A program made the position numbers and the translations under genes. From Takakia lepidozioides (Eukaryota > Plantae > Bryophyta), in NCBI GenBank assembly GCA_030704615.1, contig CM060732.1, positions 62,372,001-62,436,000 of the forward strand: a stretch of DNA of 64,000 nt, given 5' to 3'. Numbering within the stretch: the first letter of the stretch is position 1; each line of letters opens with the position of its first letter. The notes below the pieces were generated by a model. The model saw nothing but the letters and a program-made list of their open reading frames with translations. It ran no database searches and had not been told where the DNA came from. Below, piece by piece: positions 51,101 through 64,000 of this stretch.

Positions 51101-53386
51101 TCAAAAGCACGGGGCATTTTCAACAAGGATGCTAACGAGGAGAAGTTTCCGGTGGTGCCGGAGTCTCCCCACCACCACCCTCCATATCAACGACTCCCTT
51201 CTGTGGGTTCTGAGACTGTGTGTACTCTCCCCATCCTTCCCTTCTCTTCAAATTCCTTGGAAACAGAAAATCTGCAGTCTTGTGAGGGGGCTCAGTGACA
51301 GAAAGAAAGAAATTTAGTATACCCACTGGAAGCCTATGGGACACATTAGAACAACCAACTACAACCACAGAAACCAAAGAACAAATAACCACCAAATGTT
51401 GTACGAAGAGGGAGTGTCTACTTCACGTCATCATAGCTGGAGGCTTCCAGTAGAGACACAGAATCTCTAGAAATATATCAGTCTCTACCCTGCATCTCGT
51501 AGTGGATAGGGCACAAGAAGATGCCTTGTTTCCATGGTGCAAATTGGGCAAACCCTATCCTCCTGAGGTGTCTCACTCCATCTCCTGTCTCAATGCAGAA
51601 CTTCGTGAAATGACTCTGAAGTCGCGCCCGAGGAACTTAGATAACTTAACAATAAGTTGGGAAGGCATGATGATGTGGTTGTCTCTCAGAACAAGGAAGG
51701 TTCTTTCTAGGATTGGTCTCTGGTGTGAGCTGGCTTGTCGGCCCCACATATGGAACTTCCTGAGATTCTCTCATCAACCTGTTCCCTGACCTGCCACCAC
51801 ACACTGGAGAGGGACAAGGATAACATCCAGAGGGGGGCCCCAAGGGTCAATGGGGCATGGTAGAACAACAAGAAAAGTGACTGCAGAAAACACCATAAGG
51901 CCCATGGGTACACTAGAGAAGCCACTACAAAAAACATCAGAGAATGCCAGAAGGGGCACTAATGCAGGTAAGCTGTCAACGAGAGGGAGAGAGGAGAGAG
52001 ACCTTGTGTCTGCCAATGGCCATGTGCGTTACTTTCAAACACGTTTGCTTGTGGCAGATGTGGGGGAAGACAATAGAGTTGCGGAGGCAGCTGGAACTCA
52101 TGCGGTCACTCACCCAGGCAGTGGTGCAGCGTGAAAAACTCAAGTATGAAGGCCAGCTTGTGCTCCATGACATAGCTATGCTTGAATTGAACATAGCTCA
52201 AGGGAAAGCCACGGAGAAGCATTGTTTCTGGTGTTTGAGCAGCAAGAATCTCCTCAATTGTAGAACATGCCTGCGAAGCTTTTGCTTTCAATGTTTTAAG
52301 CATCGGAAAGGTTTTGGAGTGAAGGGTTGGGTTGCTGCGGTCAAACAACCATTGTACAGCTGCAGTGTTTGTCAAGAGGGTGGGATAGGCACCATTAATC
52401 AGCAGAAGTTGGAGCTGCCGGTATCAGTTGGGGGTGTTGAGGGAGTCAGCAACATTGCCGAGAGCTCCTCTGGGGCACATAATGTTGCTCAGAACCCCCC
52501 TGAAACAGGAAATACATTATCCACTGGACGGCTCGAACCCACAGAGTTTGGCTTAAGTGTGGATTACATATCTGTCAACAAGCCGACAGCTTGGAGTGGA
52601 GGGACAGGGAAATGTAAAGGGAAGGGTAAAGGCTGGAGAGGGCATGAAAGCATCCTGATGGGACTCTCGTGTCCTTTCAAAGAGTCTGTAGGAGAGAAAA
52701 AGAAACTTCTCACTAAACAACTGGAAGCTTCAAACATAGGACAAAACAAGTTTGTGATTCGAGGCGGTTTGCTGGAGCGCGAGTCCGGCTGTGCAGGTAC
52801 TTCCCGGCTTGAGGCAGCAGTGGCTAGTGTCAGAAAGGCAGGAGAATGTGCGACCACAGCTACAGAACTTGAGCCTGTTCAAGAACCTGGGGGGGTGAAA
52901 GAGTTAGTGAAGGGAGGTGCAGGTCATTGGTTAGGAGTGGGAACTCAATCAGCATCAACGCCCGAGTTTCTAGTGTACAGCAAGAAGAAAAAAGGAGTGG
53001 AAGGGGGTGGAAATGGAAATATGTCCAATCCTGAGGGTGGCAAAGTAGAAAAAAATCATTTCCCGGTTTCTCCCTCCAGGCTTATGAATTCCAGGTCTTA
53101 TAAGGAGGGGTCCCCTCAGCAAACCAGGAGTGAGAGGATAGTCAAACTCTCCGAGCTTCGGGATACAGCTGCCATTGGCCAGTCAACCACTTTCAGTGGC
53201 TCTTTGGAAGCTCCTTGTGCTGCAAGGGCAGCCCCTTTGACAATAGTTGACAAGGTACGATTGCCACAACTTACTGCAAAAGGCAAGGGGGTACCCAACA
53301 GTTTGAGTGCAAAGAAGGGGCGCCCTCCTGGGAAAGCCAAGGCCTCATCGAGTGCTCTTGTGCCGTTTAATGACGGCCGACTTTAG
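39109..53386 (+). CDS. BRPF/JADE/Nto1-like MYST histone-acetyltransferase scaffold: giant acidic N-terminus, EPC-I (EPL1), PZP, EPC-II, ADD-like PHD, AT-hook-like motifs; ~3,900 aa
   Basis: Approximate exons: 39109-46734, 46858-47130, 47505-47753, 48136-48846, 48994-49151, 49362-49647, 49887-50873, possible small exon(s) near 51040-51150, and 52058-53386. Motifs: RRIRPRPLDPEQPIPVF, IAIPSFRIV, YDMDDEDEEWL (EPL1); CSICNGGEDSHNNPVYKCKLCLIHVHQSCYGI...WCCRKC (PHD1); CVLC...GALKPT...WAHVACAL...CGLC...C..C...C...FHISC...CPRH (Zn-knuckle-PHD2); YWCAKRAKLNGALL and LRRQLELMRSLTQAVVQREKLK (EPC-II). Confidence 0.88.
43530..45100 (+). repeat. About five diverged ~90-120-aa coding repeats in the giant exon
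   Basis: SCREDDGIPTEL, SCMEDDATPTQL, GCREDDVTPPEL, SRVDDATPCEL and HSCTDAP recur, each followed by ...QEVGS...ICLV..GG...C.EG.V.K-like blocks. Confidence 0.75.
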
Positions 53387-54559
53387 GTTGACACATTTGA
53401 TGGCATCAACTGAGATGGGCTTGGAGCCCCATGTAGCATTGGAGTCTTGATTCAAGCTTCAAATGTACAGGCGAGTCGGTGTTGGCTGGAGTGTTTTTCT
53501 CTGCCTTTTTATTACCTTCTTTCCTTAGATAGAGCTTCTCTTCGCAAGAGCAGGGTTCGGTTAATAGTCCGATAGACACTTTGGCAGCATGATTTGTTTC
53601 TGTATTCTAGTCTTTCTTGTCTTGAGGGTGAAGGGTTGCTTTAGGCCTTCCAGTCAAGGAGTAAGCTTTGCCATATACCTGTGTCATCCCTTTCAAGGCA
53701 GATTAATAGTTCCAGATTTCTGTCTGTTCTTCTTTCTTGCCCTGGTGCACAGGGGAAGACTGTATCTTCTGAGGATATTACTGGATACCCTCCTGTAGAC
53801 AGGGTTGAAGCCTTCTCATGCGATACATGGTAACTTCAAATCAAAGCTGTCGGTAAGAAATTAAACTGGTGCCTAATTTTTGGCCTTGACACAATAAAGA
53901 CCATATGAAAGACTTGACAGGGGAAACTTATTGACCCCTGATCAAATTAACTGGACGTTATGCAGAGTGTTCTATTTCATTTTCCATCATTTTTTGTGTT
54001 CTGTACAATAATGTATAGTTGATAGTAGCGGCCAGTACATGGCAGCGCTGCAATTTCATACAATTCAATAAATGATGTTTCAGTTTGGAGCTTGCTGGCA
54101 TATTCTGCATCAGGGTCTTGAAGGTAGGATGCTACAGTTAGTCCAAGAGAAGCTCCAATAACTGCCGAGTCAGACAGATGGCCCCACCATACTCTCTTCT
54201 TTCAGATTAGCCTTAGAAGAGAACACTAAAGGGAAAGATTGTGTTCAGTATGCAGTATAACCTTCAGGCGAGCTGGTACAAGCACAAAACAAACAGATGA
54301 GCATCTGTGGCATATTGTGCCTCAGTTGTGGTTATATGACACTATTAGGTGCTGTCCACAAGTATGAAGGTGTCAGGCTTTATAGAATTAGTGCCCTTTT
54401 AAAAAACCCTGACCTTACCTGCAGGAAACAACAAATCGCCGAACCCTATGGAAATTTTTGTTCAGCCTTTTTCTACCTCTTTTAACAAAGGTCTTTAAAT
54501 GTCCACAGGGTGTTGAGGTCATCAGCTTATCTTCTCAACTTCAAACCCCTGATCAACCT

Positions 54560-57160
54560 TTGGCACAGGTTGGTCAAGCTCTCGTAGATCTTCAATCAGC
54601 TTTCCACCTCCCTTCCCAACTTCTGTTTGCATTTCCTCATAACCAATAACCCCAGTCATGTATTTACATCAAACATACCTCTCCTCTACCTTAAACTTTG
54701 AACCACCGGGTACTTGTACAGATATCTCCTTGCTGGTAGGCACTTCAGATTCTCTATGAGAATAACCTTGAGAGTGACAATATGACCTGTGCAGTGCTAG
54801 ACTCTGCTTGATCTAATCATGGTTAATAAGGTTAACCAGCCTAGCCCCCTGGTCAGCTGTTGGAAGCTCATGAGCAAATATGAGAATCTCTTTCCCTTCA
54901 CCCACAGATGTCTCCAAAATCTGAGTTTGGAAGTTGAACTTCTTCTTCACCTGAGCTAATTTCACCCTCGCGAGCCGCATCTGAGGGAACCGTCTCACCT
55001 CCTTTACTGCCATCTTCGTCATCTTCTTCCTCCTCTGACAGAGAGAGAGATTCAGCCCAAGACCCCACATGTCCCTCTTCCAGCAGCCTTTGCTCTCTCT
55101 CTAGCTTCCGTAGTGCGTTCTCAATTCTGTCAAGCTCTAACACCTCCTCCTCCCTTTCTTGATTCCAGTTTTGCAATTCTGCTCCTTCCCCCTTCTTTGG
55201 ATTTCTCCAGTTCTGCATGCTGCAGTTTCAATTCTGCAAGCCTCTCTCCTCTCTCCAGGACTGGAACATTGTGGATAAAGCCATCCCCTACTGCCACAAT
55301 TAGAGCAAACTTTCAAAATAACCATCGCCACACAGAGATGAGAGAGCAAGACTACAGAAATTTATTATGTCAGCAGGCGGCTAAATGGTTCACACACAAG
55401 GAGAACAACAGAATTATGGAAATATAATAACAGAAGTAAAATCTAATGCGCAGTCATGTCTCTCTCTCTCTCACTTTCTTGGCCCAACAAAAAGAGGGAG
55501 GGAGAGAGAAATGGAATGTAAAAACACTCTAGATGACACAATATAACTACTTTGGCATGATGACAGATTGAATGTGGGCCAAAACTCCTCCAATGTGCCC
55601 TGAAAGTGGCGTGCCTCATGCTGGTAGAGAGAGGGAGGGTGGGGACTTGTCAGAAACAGAGACAAAACGCCCATGACTGGCTGTTGAAGTTGGGATTATA
55701 TCCACCTTGAAGGGAGGAGGGAGCAGGGAGAAAAGGGGAATTCACTCAATGGATGTCGCATTTGTCATCAATCTTATGGCCATAGACTTCGTGCATACTA
55801 TGGGGATAGAGATTGATGATGTACTCATTAAACTTGCTAATACCTTTGGGCCCTAGACCCTCCATCCAATCTGGAAAGTACAATGAGGAGAGTCAACATG
55901 TAAGGGGACTGCCATGATGGCAGAAGGAGAATTTCCGGGTCTTCCAGGTTTTCACAAGAATCAGACCTCAGCATCCATTTGATGCATGCAATCACCCCAT
56001 TTTCAGACCCAAAAGGTGCTTCTGCCTGAAGAGAACACATGACAAGGCATAAGAAAAAACTTGCCCATGGGTTCTGCCAAGTCTTGGGCTGAGACAGCCA
56101 ACTGCAGTAGCTTCGCACATTGAGGTAGAAAAGAGAGAATGTACCACTACAAAGTGATACTTCCCCATATGCAGATACTGTAGCCTTACAGAGAGTGACT
56201 GTATGGGGTATTATCACCCCCAGATGGAAGACAATCTTGGTCAAGAACAACATAGGGTCGGTCCCCATGGATGCGCGCATGCTCGTAGAGAGATTCTGCT
56301 TCATCGTACTGTTTTTTGGCATCCGGCCATATTGCAGGCAAAGATTTGCCCTGTAAAACAACAGTTGGAGCAAGGTTAGAGATTTTGTCATTGACCGGTC
56401 CCTGTAAATGTTGGCTGTCATAGTCCTTAAACCTAATCCCTGCTACAAACCTCACAGAGCCAGTCATGGCTATTAGACTTTGCAGGCTGTGACATTTGTG
56501 AGCATAGACCTTGCACATGGTGGGAACATGGGGAGGAGAGCAGACTGGGTGTGCCAATAACCTTGCACAAGGCTTGCTCACAGGGTGGGACCTACCAATG
56601 TACATATTTGGCCTCCAGATGCAGTGAGAGAGAGAATGTACTCAACGTTGTTTGCCGTAGCCTTGTGGCCATTGACCCTGCGCCCAGTTTGAGCAGAACA
56701 CAAAGGGAAAGAAACCTACCTTTGTCAGGGCCTGACGCCAGTAGTAAGACTTACCTTGGAATAAACAATTGATCCGGATTTTCCAGATTTCCGCAAGAAA
56801 TCCCTTCACACAAGCATCAATCTGCTGTGTGTGGTTTGCCCAAAACTAGGCCCCAAAAGGGCCTGGCCTTTTGGCTCAGCCTCAAGACCTACAAAGTTGG
56901 TAAACAGAGGTACAGGCACATTTCCCTTGATAGTTTCGAGGAGAGTTCTCTCTGGTGAGAGAACCCCGGACAATGAATCCGAAAATGAATATTGTCTTCA
57001 GGTTGCCCACACAACAGGCAATTGCAGTCTCCCTATCCTCTCCCTGCCTCTGTTTGCTGTTCAAAGGTAGGCTTCCCGCCCTGAGTTTAATTTCAGTCTA
57101 GTGCCGAGAGTGGGTAGACCCTTGAGGTCATCCATGATGTCCTCCCCCATGTCACAGACG
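54560..57160 (-). pseudogene. Degenerate ORF remnants with a CCHC-knuckle-like motif (possible retroelement ORF1/gag relic)
   Basis: Broken frames include CSNCGSRGWLYPQC followed by an acidic coiled segment, and GSVRFVAGIRFKDYD...EAESLYEHARIHG. Lies next to a gypsy RT fragment. Family not identifiable by eye. Confidence 0.3.
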
Positions 57161-57225
57161 GGAAACAAGTTCAGGGAAGTTTTCTGCCTAACTTCATTTC
57201 ATCAGACAATTTCCTGGCAATAGAC

Positions 57226-57830
57226 ATGGCTTTGGACATGGCTACGGTGTTCTCTTCCCTTGACCTTGCTTCTAGTTTTTGGCAAGTGGCCCTTACCGAA
57301 GAGGCTAAGGAAAAGACCCCTCTTGTGTGCAGGATGGGTAAATATCAGTACGAGACTATGCCCTTTGGGCTTTGCAATGCCACCTCAACCTTCCAGCGGT
57401 TGATGGACATTGTTCTTGGTAATCTCAGGTGGGAATGTGCTTCAATTTACATAGATGATATCAATGTATATTCTGCTAGCTTTGAAACTCATCTGCCGGA
57501 TCTTCAGAGAGTGTTCAGCAAGCTGAGATTAAAGGTTAATCCCAAGAAATGTGAGCTTTGCATGCCTGAGGTGCATTTTCTTGGTCATTTGCTGTTCAAG
57601 GATGGTTTACTACCTAATCCTGCTAAGCTTGAGGCTGTTTGGGGATTTCCAGTCCTTAAGGATAAACACTGTGTTAACACATTCCTGGGACTTGCCTCCT
57701 ATTTCCGTCGATTTGTCAAAGACTTCGTCAAGCTTGCTCATCCTCTCACAAAGCTGCTGCTCAAGGAGGCCAGATTGAGTGGGCCAAGCTGCAAAAAGCA
57801 GCCTTTGACAGGCTAAAAATGGCACTCACA
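57226..57830 (+). mobile_element. Ty3/gypsy reverse transcriptase fragment
   Basis: FSSLDLASSFWQV, EKT, YETMPFGLCNATSTFQRLMD, YIDDI, KVNPKKC, VHFLGH and FLGLASYFRRFVKDF. Frameshifted near 57775; no integrase. Confidence 0.92.
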
Positions 57831-59948
57831 GTGAAGCTTACTCCACGCAGGGCTAGTGATGTAGAGGTTGCTGCTGCTTACGACTTCATTTTGGACTTGA
57901 GGACTTGATGTGGATTTCTGGTCATCTCTAGGTGCATGGGAACTTAGCTAGAATTTTGTTTTGATCTTCCTTTTGACTCTTGTAGTGTAGTTTTAGCTTA
58001 GCATGGGGTTCCACCATGTTCATTCGCTTAAGGTTTTCCTCTACATGGGTTTTATCCCAATGGGTTTTCCCATGAGAAGTTTTTCACCCTGCGACGATGA
58101 GGGACCCCATGGCGGGGTAATTTCCTTATATTTTACCTCGCTGGGCTCGGTCTTTGAGGGGGGGGAAGGCCTCACACAATCACAGTTTTATATGGTTGAT
58201 CCGGACTCAAAATGAAACGTGTACACGAATGCGATACCGATTTCTGTTTGAATGCGATACCATGTAAAGAAAGGATAGCCAGATGGACCGTCGTGCAGTT
58301 AAACTGACGTACCCTCCGCTATCGCTAGATCGTGAGCTGGGGAAATTACGGATTAAGAAGAAGACGTTATGCTATCCACAGTCAGATTGCAGACTGAAGA
58401 AGGCTCGAGGAGTCGTCGGTGGGGAATGAAGTTGGGCCTCTTCTCGTGGCAAATGATTTGTTTTTGTGTACACTTGCACTCCTCACATGAGGCACTTGTG
58501 GAAATGTGGTAAATTGTTTATCGAATATTGTAATCTTGCTAGGAGGACAGTAAGTGTTCTACTGCGGTTTCAACGGTCAATTCAAGCCGATCGTTAGTTG
58601 TCAGATATGGCAGTTACCAGTCAGACTGTGTGAGAGTCTGTGTGAGAGTCAGTGCAGGTGGGCCCAGATTTCTGAAAAACAGTTCAGTAGTTTCGAGTGA
58701 TTGCGTGGTCCAGAGTGTGGTCCAGTCGTAGTGGAGGTTAGACTAACAGAAATGACCTGAAATTTAGAACAATATATAGATATCACCTAGGTCTCTGTCG
58801 ACATTCTTTGTTATGCGGAGCGCGGGACCTACAATCACTCGCGAGCCGGATTGATATGGTAATACATGTAGGTCATCAGGAGACCAATGGATATATATGT
58901 GTTGGTACCAATTCTAAAGATAATGTCAACTTCTGGGCCCGGTGGTCCTCCGTCCTGAAGGACTTATAGGAAGAACTTCTAGGAAACCTCGAACAACGGA
59001 GCATCAAGAAAAAACATTTGTTGAGCTTCGATGAGTGTTCCCCATTTTAACATCAAGAAGATGCAAAAATTTGGAACAAGATTGTGTAGGCTATATTTAC
59101 AATCCATCACTGTTGATTGGGATTAGGATATTGTGCTCAGTTGTATATCATGCTCTTATTCAACTTCCGATGCTTGCAATCAGTAAGTAGTTATGTGACA
59201 TACATGCGCAACCGGAAAACCGTTACACAGTAGGTTCTGCTATGCACAAGACTGCTGTAGTCGTTGCCAGTCCATGGCCTGGTCTGGAATCCCCTTTATT
59301 TGATCAGCATGCAGCGGCTGGAGGAGCACCCATCGATCATCACAGCCAGATGTTGTAATAGTGCATTGCCACTCCAGCTTTAGTAGATTTCAGTTACATC
59401 CTTTGTACATGTAAATAAAACATCTGCAACAGTTTCTGTGACACTTGAACATCTAGATGTCCTGTATATAGTCATACTTGTAGTGGGTGCCACTGGATGG
59501 CCCGTCATTTATTTCAGAAAAGTCATAACTGCACGATGCACCAAACCTGAAGTACTTACTGTGCATGAACTTCAGAACATGACATTAATATATACAATCT
59601 AGAGGTCGTGGAACTTCAAACATGACAGATCCGTAAATAGTTAACAGCCAAGTATAGTGAGCAGTTATGTGCGGACCCTACAATAACCAGATTGAAATTA
59701 GCCAAGAGCAGGCCTGTGGATGGAACAAACTCACGCTTGTCACCTCTTACATGATCGACCCAGTAGGCGTAGTACATTGTTTCGGCCATGATGTGCATCA
59801 TGGCTTGATGAAGTAGAGGGCGGAATCGGATACGATCTAGCTGGCTCCAACTACACAGCATTTCACTGAGGCTTGCGTCTTGATGGTCAGTGGCACTTGT
59901 CAATTACTATTGATCAGTTCAAGGGTGGGTGCTGAGGCCTTGGGATGA

Positions 59949-60290
59949 TTATGCATCGCGCACCTCGAAGGCAGATCGGGTCTTTACAACAACGTCGTAC
60001 ATGTGCATTGTTTTTAAGCTCGAGAAGCTGACAGGCAGAGAGATGAGGTGCGGTGTGGAGGAGCTCTTGTGGTACTGGCGCAGCTGCCTATCACCACCGT
60101 TGTATGGCCCCCACCCGAGCTGCAGCAGCTTGTCCTCCAGGTCCTCATACGACGTAATGGTCTCATTGGTGGCACAATACACCAACACCTTGCGCCTCAC
60201 ATATGAAGGTTCCCCTCCATCCAGCCGCTGTGCCTGCGGATTGGCCACCAGCTTCGCTACTCCATCCTTGAAAACCCACACTCCGGACAT
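59949..60290 (-). CDS. FPF1: Flowering-promoting factor 1-like protein, 113 aa, intronless
   Basis: MSGVWVFKDGV.KLV.NP...RRKVLVY..TNE.ITSYE.LE.KL..LGW..Y....L.QYHK....LISLP..FS.LKTMHMYDVVVK.R..FEVRD is the FPF1 family signature along its full length. Confidence 0.93.
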   Translation of the reverse strand: MSGVWVFKDGVAKLVANPQAQRLDGGEPSYVRRKVLVYCATNETITSYEDLEDKLLQLGWGPYNGGDRQLRQYHKSSSTPHLISLPVSFSSLKTMHMYDVVVKTRSAFEVRDA

Positions 60291-62478
60291 GGTGGATCGA
60301 CGATGGAGTAACTTGCCTAACTCTCTTCTTGCACACAGCTCGCCTTGCTGTGTAAGAGCCCAACCCACTGAGAGTTCTAACTACTTGGAGTAACAAGTCC
60401 CTTTAACCGCAAGGGTGACAGCAATAGAGACTTCAGAAAGAAAGTAATGTCATAAAGTCCCCAGAAAGCCCAACTATTGCATGGGACAAGAACGCAGCTT
60501 GTTACAGTGCAATGAAAGCCATAGAGGATGGACAACTACAAGCAAGTAAACAACATATATATCACTGCTGCCCTCTCCCTCCCCTCGTGACGAACTCACT
60601 ATCCAGAGATCCATGACATCCTTCCTGTGAATTGCAAGCCCTGCAAGGAGGGGCCGATGTTCTACAGCGATCTTGTGCGGCGGCAGTCGGTGGGCCATAG
60701 CGATGCATGTTTCAGGCATGCATTTACATGTGTCAGACCGCCCCGCAGTTCCACACCACCAGCTTTGGGCCCACCTCCTTCGCACTTCTCAGCCACCAAT
60801 TTCTCTACAGGCAGGTGTCATATCTACAGCCTGAAGGGTTACCTGCACGGAGGTTGTTGGACAGCTGACAAGCCTCGCTGCTGTGGGAATAGTGTCACGA
60901 CAGCATGCAAGGGATTCTACCGCGCAGTGTGTGAGCCACCAAACATGGCCTGTACATTGATGCTCCATATCTTGGAGTCCCCTCTCAGCTGAGCACACCT
61001 GTTGGGCACCTTTGATATGCTCCTTGTGGCTGTCAAGTTCTGGGTTTCTGTTTTGGTTTTTCCCTGTTTTTTCATGACCAGGATCTGAGGTTTGAAGTTT
61101 GAAGGAGAAACAATGTATATATATACATAATGTTGACCTTCTTGAGCAGCCTATTTTTGCTTGATTTTTGTTTTTTTTTTCAAGAAAGGGATGGGGAGCC
61201 CTGATAAACATGATGAACTTGAGCTCCAAAGCTTCCCGGAGCGCTGATGAATCTGAGATCAACTGAGGTTTGCAGTGGCAAGCTGAAGGCACAGCTGAAT
61301 TTCAGAACTCTCCAAAGTTGAAGTGCGCTATTGCTATTGTCTCTTATTATCCTGTTTCCTTGGTCTCTCCTTCTCTCCCAGGTTTATTGGTTTTTACAGT
61401 ATTTTGTTTCTCTGTCAGCTTCCTGTCTCCCTGCTATGTGTTGCCCCTTTAGGCTTCTGCCTTTGGTCTTTTTGTCTGGGAACTGTTGGCTGGCTGTGCC
61501 CAATTGTAATCCTTCACCGTCTTGTTGAGTTTGTTTTTTACTTTAATATGATTTTTGTCCCGGGCTGCCTTCATTTTATTAAAAATATATAAAATAAGAA
61601 AAATGAAATGGGAAGGAAAATATAACCATAAGGCGAGTGCTTGTTAACCCTTTCTTAATTGTTGGTCCATGTAATTTATTTGTAGGCCACTAATGGGTAA
61701 GGGGAAATGAGAAATGATGATTTTATTTATCCTCCGAGTGATGGGTAAAACCAATATTTTAAGATAAAGATAAAGATAAAGACTCTTTAAGGTCCAGTGA
61801 ATTTACAGAGTTCGGGTAAATGGAAAGGGTACACTACACACTGATAAGTGATTTACCCACCCAAAACTCAAAATATTCCCCTTGGGGGTTGTCCCTTTCC
61901 CCAGAAGCTCCCTAAAGGCCATTAGGAGGGGTCACACCTGGTTTTTAGTTTCTACAAGTGTTGGGTGGGTATATATGAATTTCATGGGACAAGTCAGTTG
62001 TGGTTATAGCCAGATTTTTCCTGTTTGATATAGTGGATTTTCTTAGAAATTGAAATATTCTGCAGTTATACACATCATCTTTTTATCCATTTTTACTGGG
62101 TATGTGAGGAAAACTTGGAAGGCACAACAGGGGCTTAGCCAATATTGACACTGATGCATGATCTCCGAGGAGCCAATCCTGGCAAAGTCTTTTAGCACAC
62201 ATCAAAAAAAGGTGAACAGTCAGAATTTCAGAAACCCTGGAGCATGTGTCAGTGGTTTTGTGGATGGAGATATGGATTTTTGAGGGGGAGGTGTTGATGG
62301 GGGGCTCATATTACAACACACACGTCAGGCACCAAATGCCGAGATATCTAGGTGAGCACATGAATTCAGGGTTGCTACAGTAAAAACTCCCACCTCATGT
62401 TCCTACCACATAGGGCATTACACCTCAACATCCACTGGAATGCTCCAGCTTCACTGACTTGTTTGTCTTGGTCTGAAT

Positions 62479-63111
62479 CAGTGTTGGACTGGTATACCTG
62501 GTTTAACCTAGGTATGGAATACAGGTATGAATATATATATTGAAGAACATACCAGTGGGGTATGAAAGAACCAGTGTACCCATGTGATACACGTACTGGG
62601 GGAGAATGGCTTTAGGATTCCCAGCACACATACCATACCAGTCTGGGTATATGGAGGAATAGCATGGTCCCCATACCAGTGTTGCGAATGGAGGTAAGTA
62701 TGAGTATATGTTAGTGCAGCTAGTTATACCCTGTACTACAATTTGGTTAATTCAAGGCTCCATGTTGCAATTTAGACTTCAATTGCTGTTTCGTGCTACT
62801 TTGGGTTACCTTTGCCTAGTGTTTCACGGCTTGGATTAAAATTAGCTATGTGCTAAATGACATTTATTTCTATGTATGGTGAGCTGTACAAATACCATAC
62901 CAGTGCTCATACCCCCCCAGTATCACTACAGAGAAAGGGCAATACCAGTACCATACTCATATACAGCCCAAAGTACAACTACTCATACCAGATTCCCAAG
63001 TTGCTCATACCTTTATAGATATCTATACCAGCCTGGTATAAAAAAGGGGTGGGACCCTTCATACCAAGGACCAGTCTGGTATTAATAAATGGACATACCA
63101 GTCCAACACTG
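62479..63111. mobile_element. hAT-type MITE, 633 bp, intact
   Basis: Perfect 17-bp TIR CAGTGTTGGACTGGTAT / ATACCAGTCCAACACTG, perfect 8-bp TSD GTCTGAAT, and GGTATG/CATACC subterminal motifs. Confidence 0.93.
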
Positions 63112-64000
63112 GTCTGAATAGTGAGATATTTTGGTCTGTCCCTCAAGCTGACATCCAGTTGTACACCTGACTAAGTGCATGAGCTCAACACCCCATGTTG
63201 CTCCACAATCCTATGCAAAGGCAAGATAATTCCAAGATAACTCATGAAGCTTCACCTGTTACTTTTGTTTTGTTGTGCAAAATCTACAAATCTTCTTGAG
63301 TGGAGACCAGCTCTGATTGCTGTGTCCTCACCATCCCAGATGAAGAAAGTCCACTGGGAGGAGGAAGAGAAGTTACGACAGGAGATATTCTGGGGAGCTC
63401 AAGTAGAAATTAGGGTGAATCTTTTTTGGACCTTGCCAGTGATACCTGACCACGTGTTTCCTTTCTAAAATGGCCCTTTGTAGCTTTCTAGGTGGTGACT
63501 ACTCCCTAGGGCCAGCCAGCTTATGCTGCCTCCTCTTGCTATGCTTCCAAGAGACAGAAGAGTTTGAGTTTCCTGTTGTCAAAGTGGGTTGGTTATGGGG
63601 CCTTCGCACAGTGGGTCTGTTGATCATTCCAGTAAGTTAACAGTATACAGTAGGACCAGTCTGTTTATTAACATTGAAAATGGACATGAATTGGAGATTT
63701 GAATCTTTATTTGACACAACATAGTGATGGAGTCTCCCAATAAAATATGTTACTTGGTCAGCCGCTTCTATTCTTTCAAATGATTGGCTGAGGGACAGAA
63801 GCCACCTTCACTAGACCAGCAAATATGAAATTAACCTTGTATGTGGGACAAAATCTGCCGGTATGCATCTATGCGGGTCCGAGCAGATATAGCGTCCAGT
63901 ATTTGTGACAATTTTCTGCTCAAAGAGTAACCTTGGCTTCGGCAGAAAGTTCATCAATTGGTGTTGATGAAGAAATTGCAGGAGAGAAAGGGAGGCAATA

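Noticed and set aside
62040-62310. Possible copia RNase H end with PPT (ttgagggggag-gtgttg)
   Set aside because: The PPT-like motif is suggestive but the upstream peptide is too degenerate and no paired LTR was found.

Overview
Eukaryotic nuclear DNA from a land plant. Spliceosomal introns, a PLS-type PPR relic, FPF1 and an intron-rich ADC suggest a non-seed plant, but that is inference. Host genes: (1) a 10-exon arginine decarboxylase (minus, 4068-9968) with a decayed antisense PPR gene in one intron; (2) an intronless PI-PLC X-domain gene in divergent orientation (10758-11705); (3) a conserved plant protein of unknown function (main exon 14345-14849, minus); (4) a very large (~3,900 aa, estimated) BRPF/JADE/Nto1-type chromatin scaffold (39109-53386) with EPC-I, PZP and EPC-II modules, an ADD-like PHD finger and a 7.6-kb first coding exon; (5) an FPF1-like gene (59949-60290, minus). 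Mobile DNA: a ~9.8-kb long-TIR Mutator-like element (15949-25730) with a broken SWIM/DDE transposase, a convergent broken Zn-finger+Ulp1 protease gene and dense arrays of an AGTCY motif; hAT and PIF/Tourist MITEs; a cluster of two tRNA-derived SINE families inside a degenerate hAT element; a Ty3/gypsy RT fragment; and an inositol 5-phosphatase pseudo-exon. The best novelty candidates are the MULE motif-array plus accessory-gene layout (VANDAL-like) and the BRPF-like protein with an ADD-type finger. All family assignments come from motif recognition by eye; no database searches were run.
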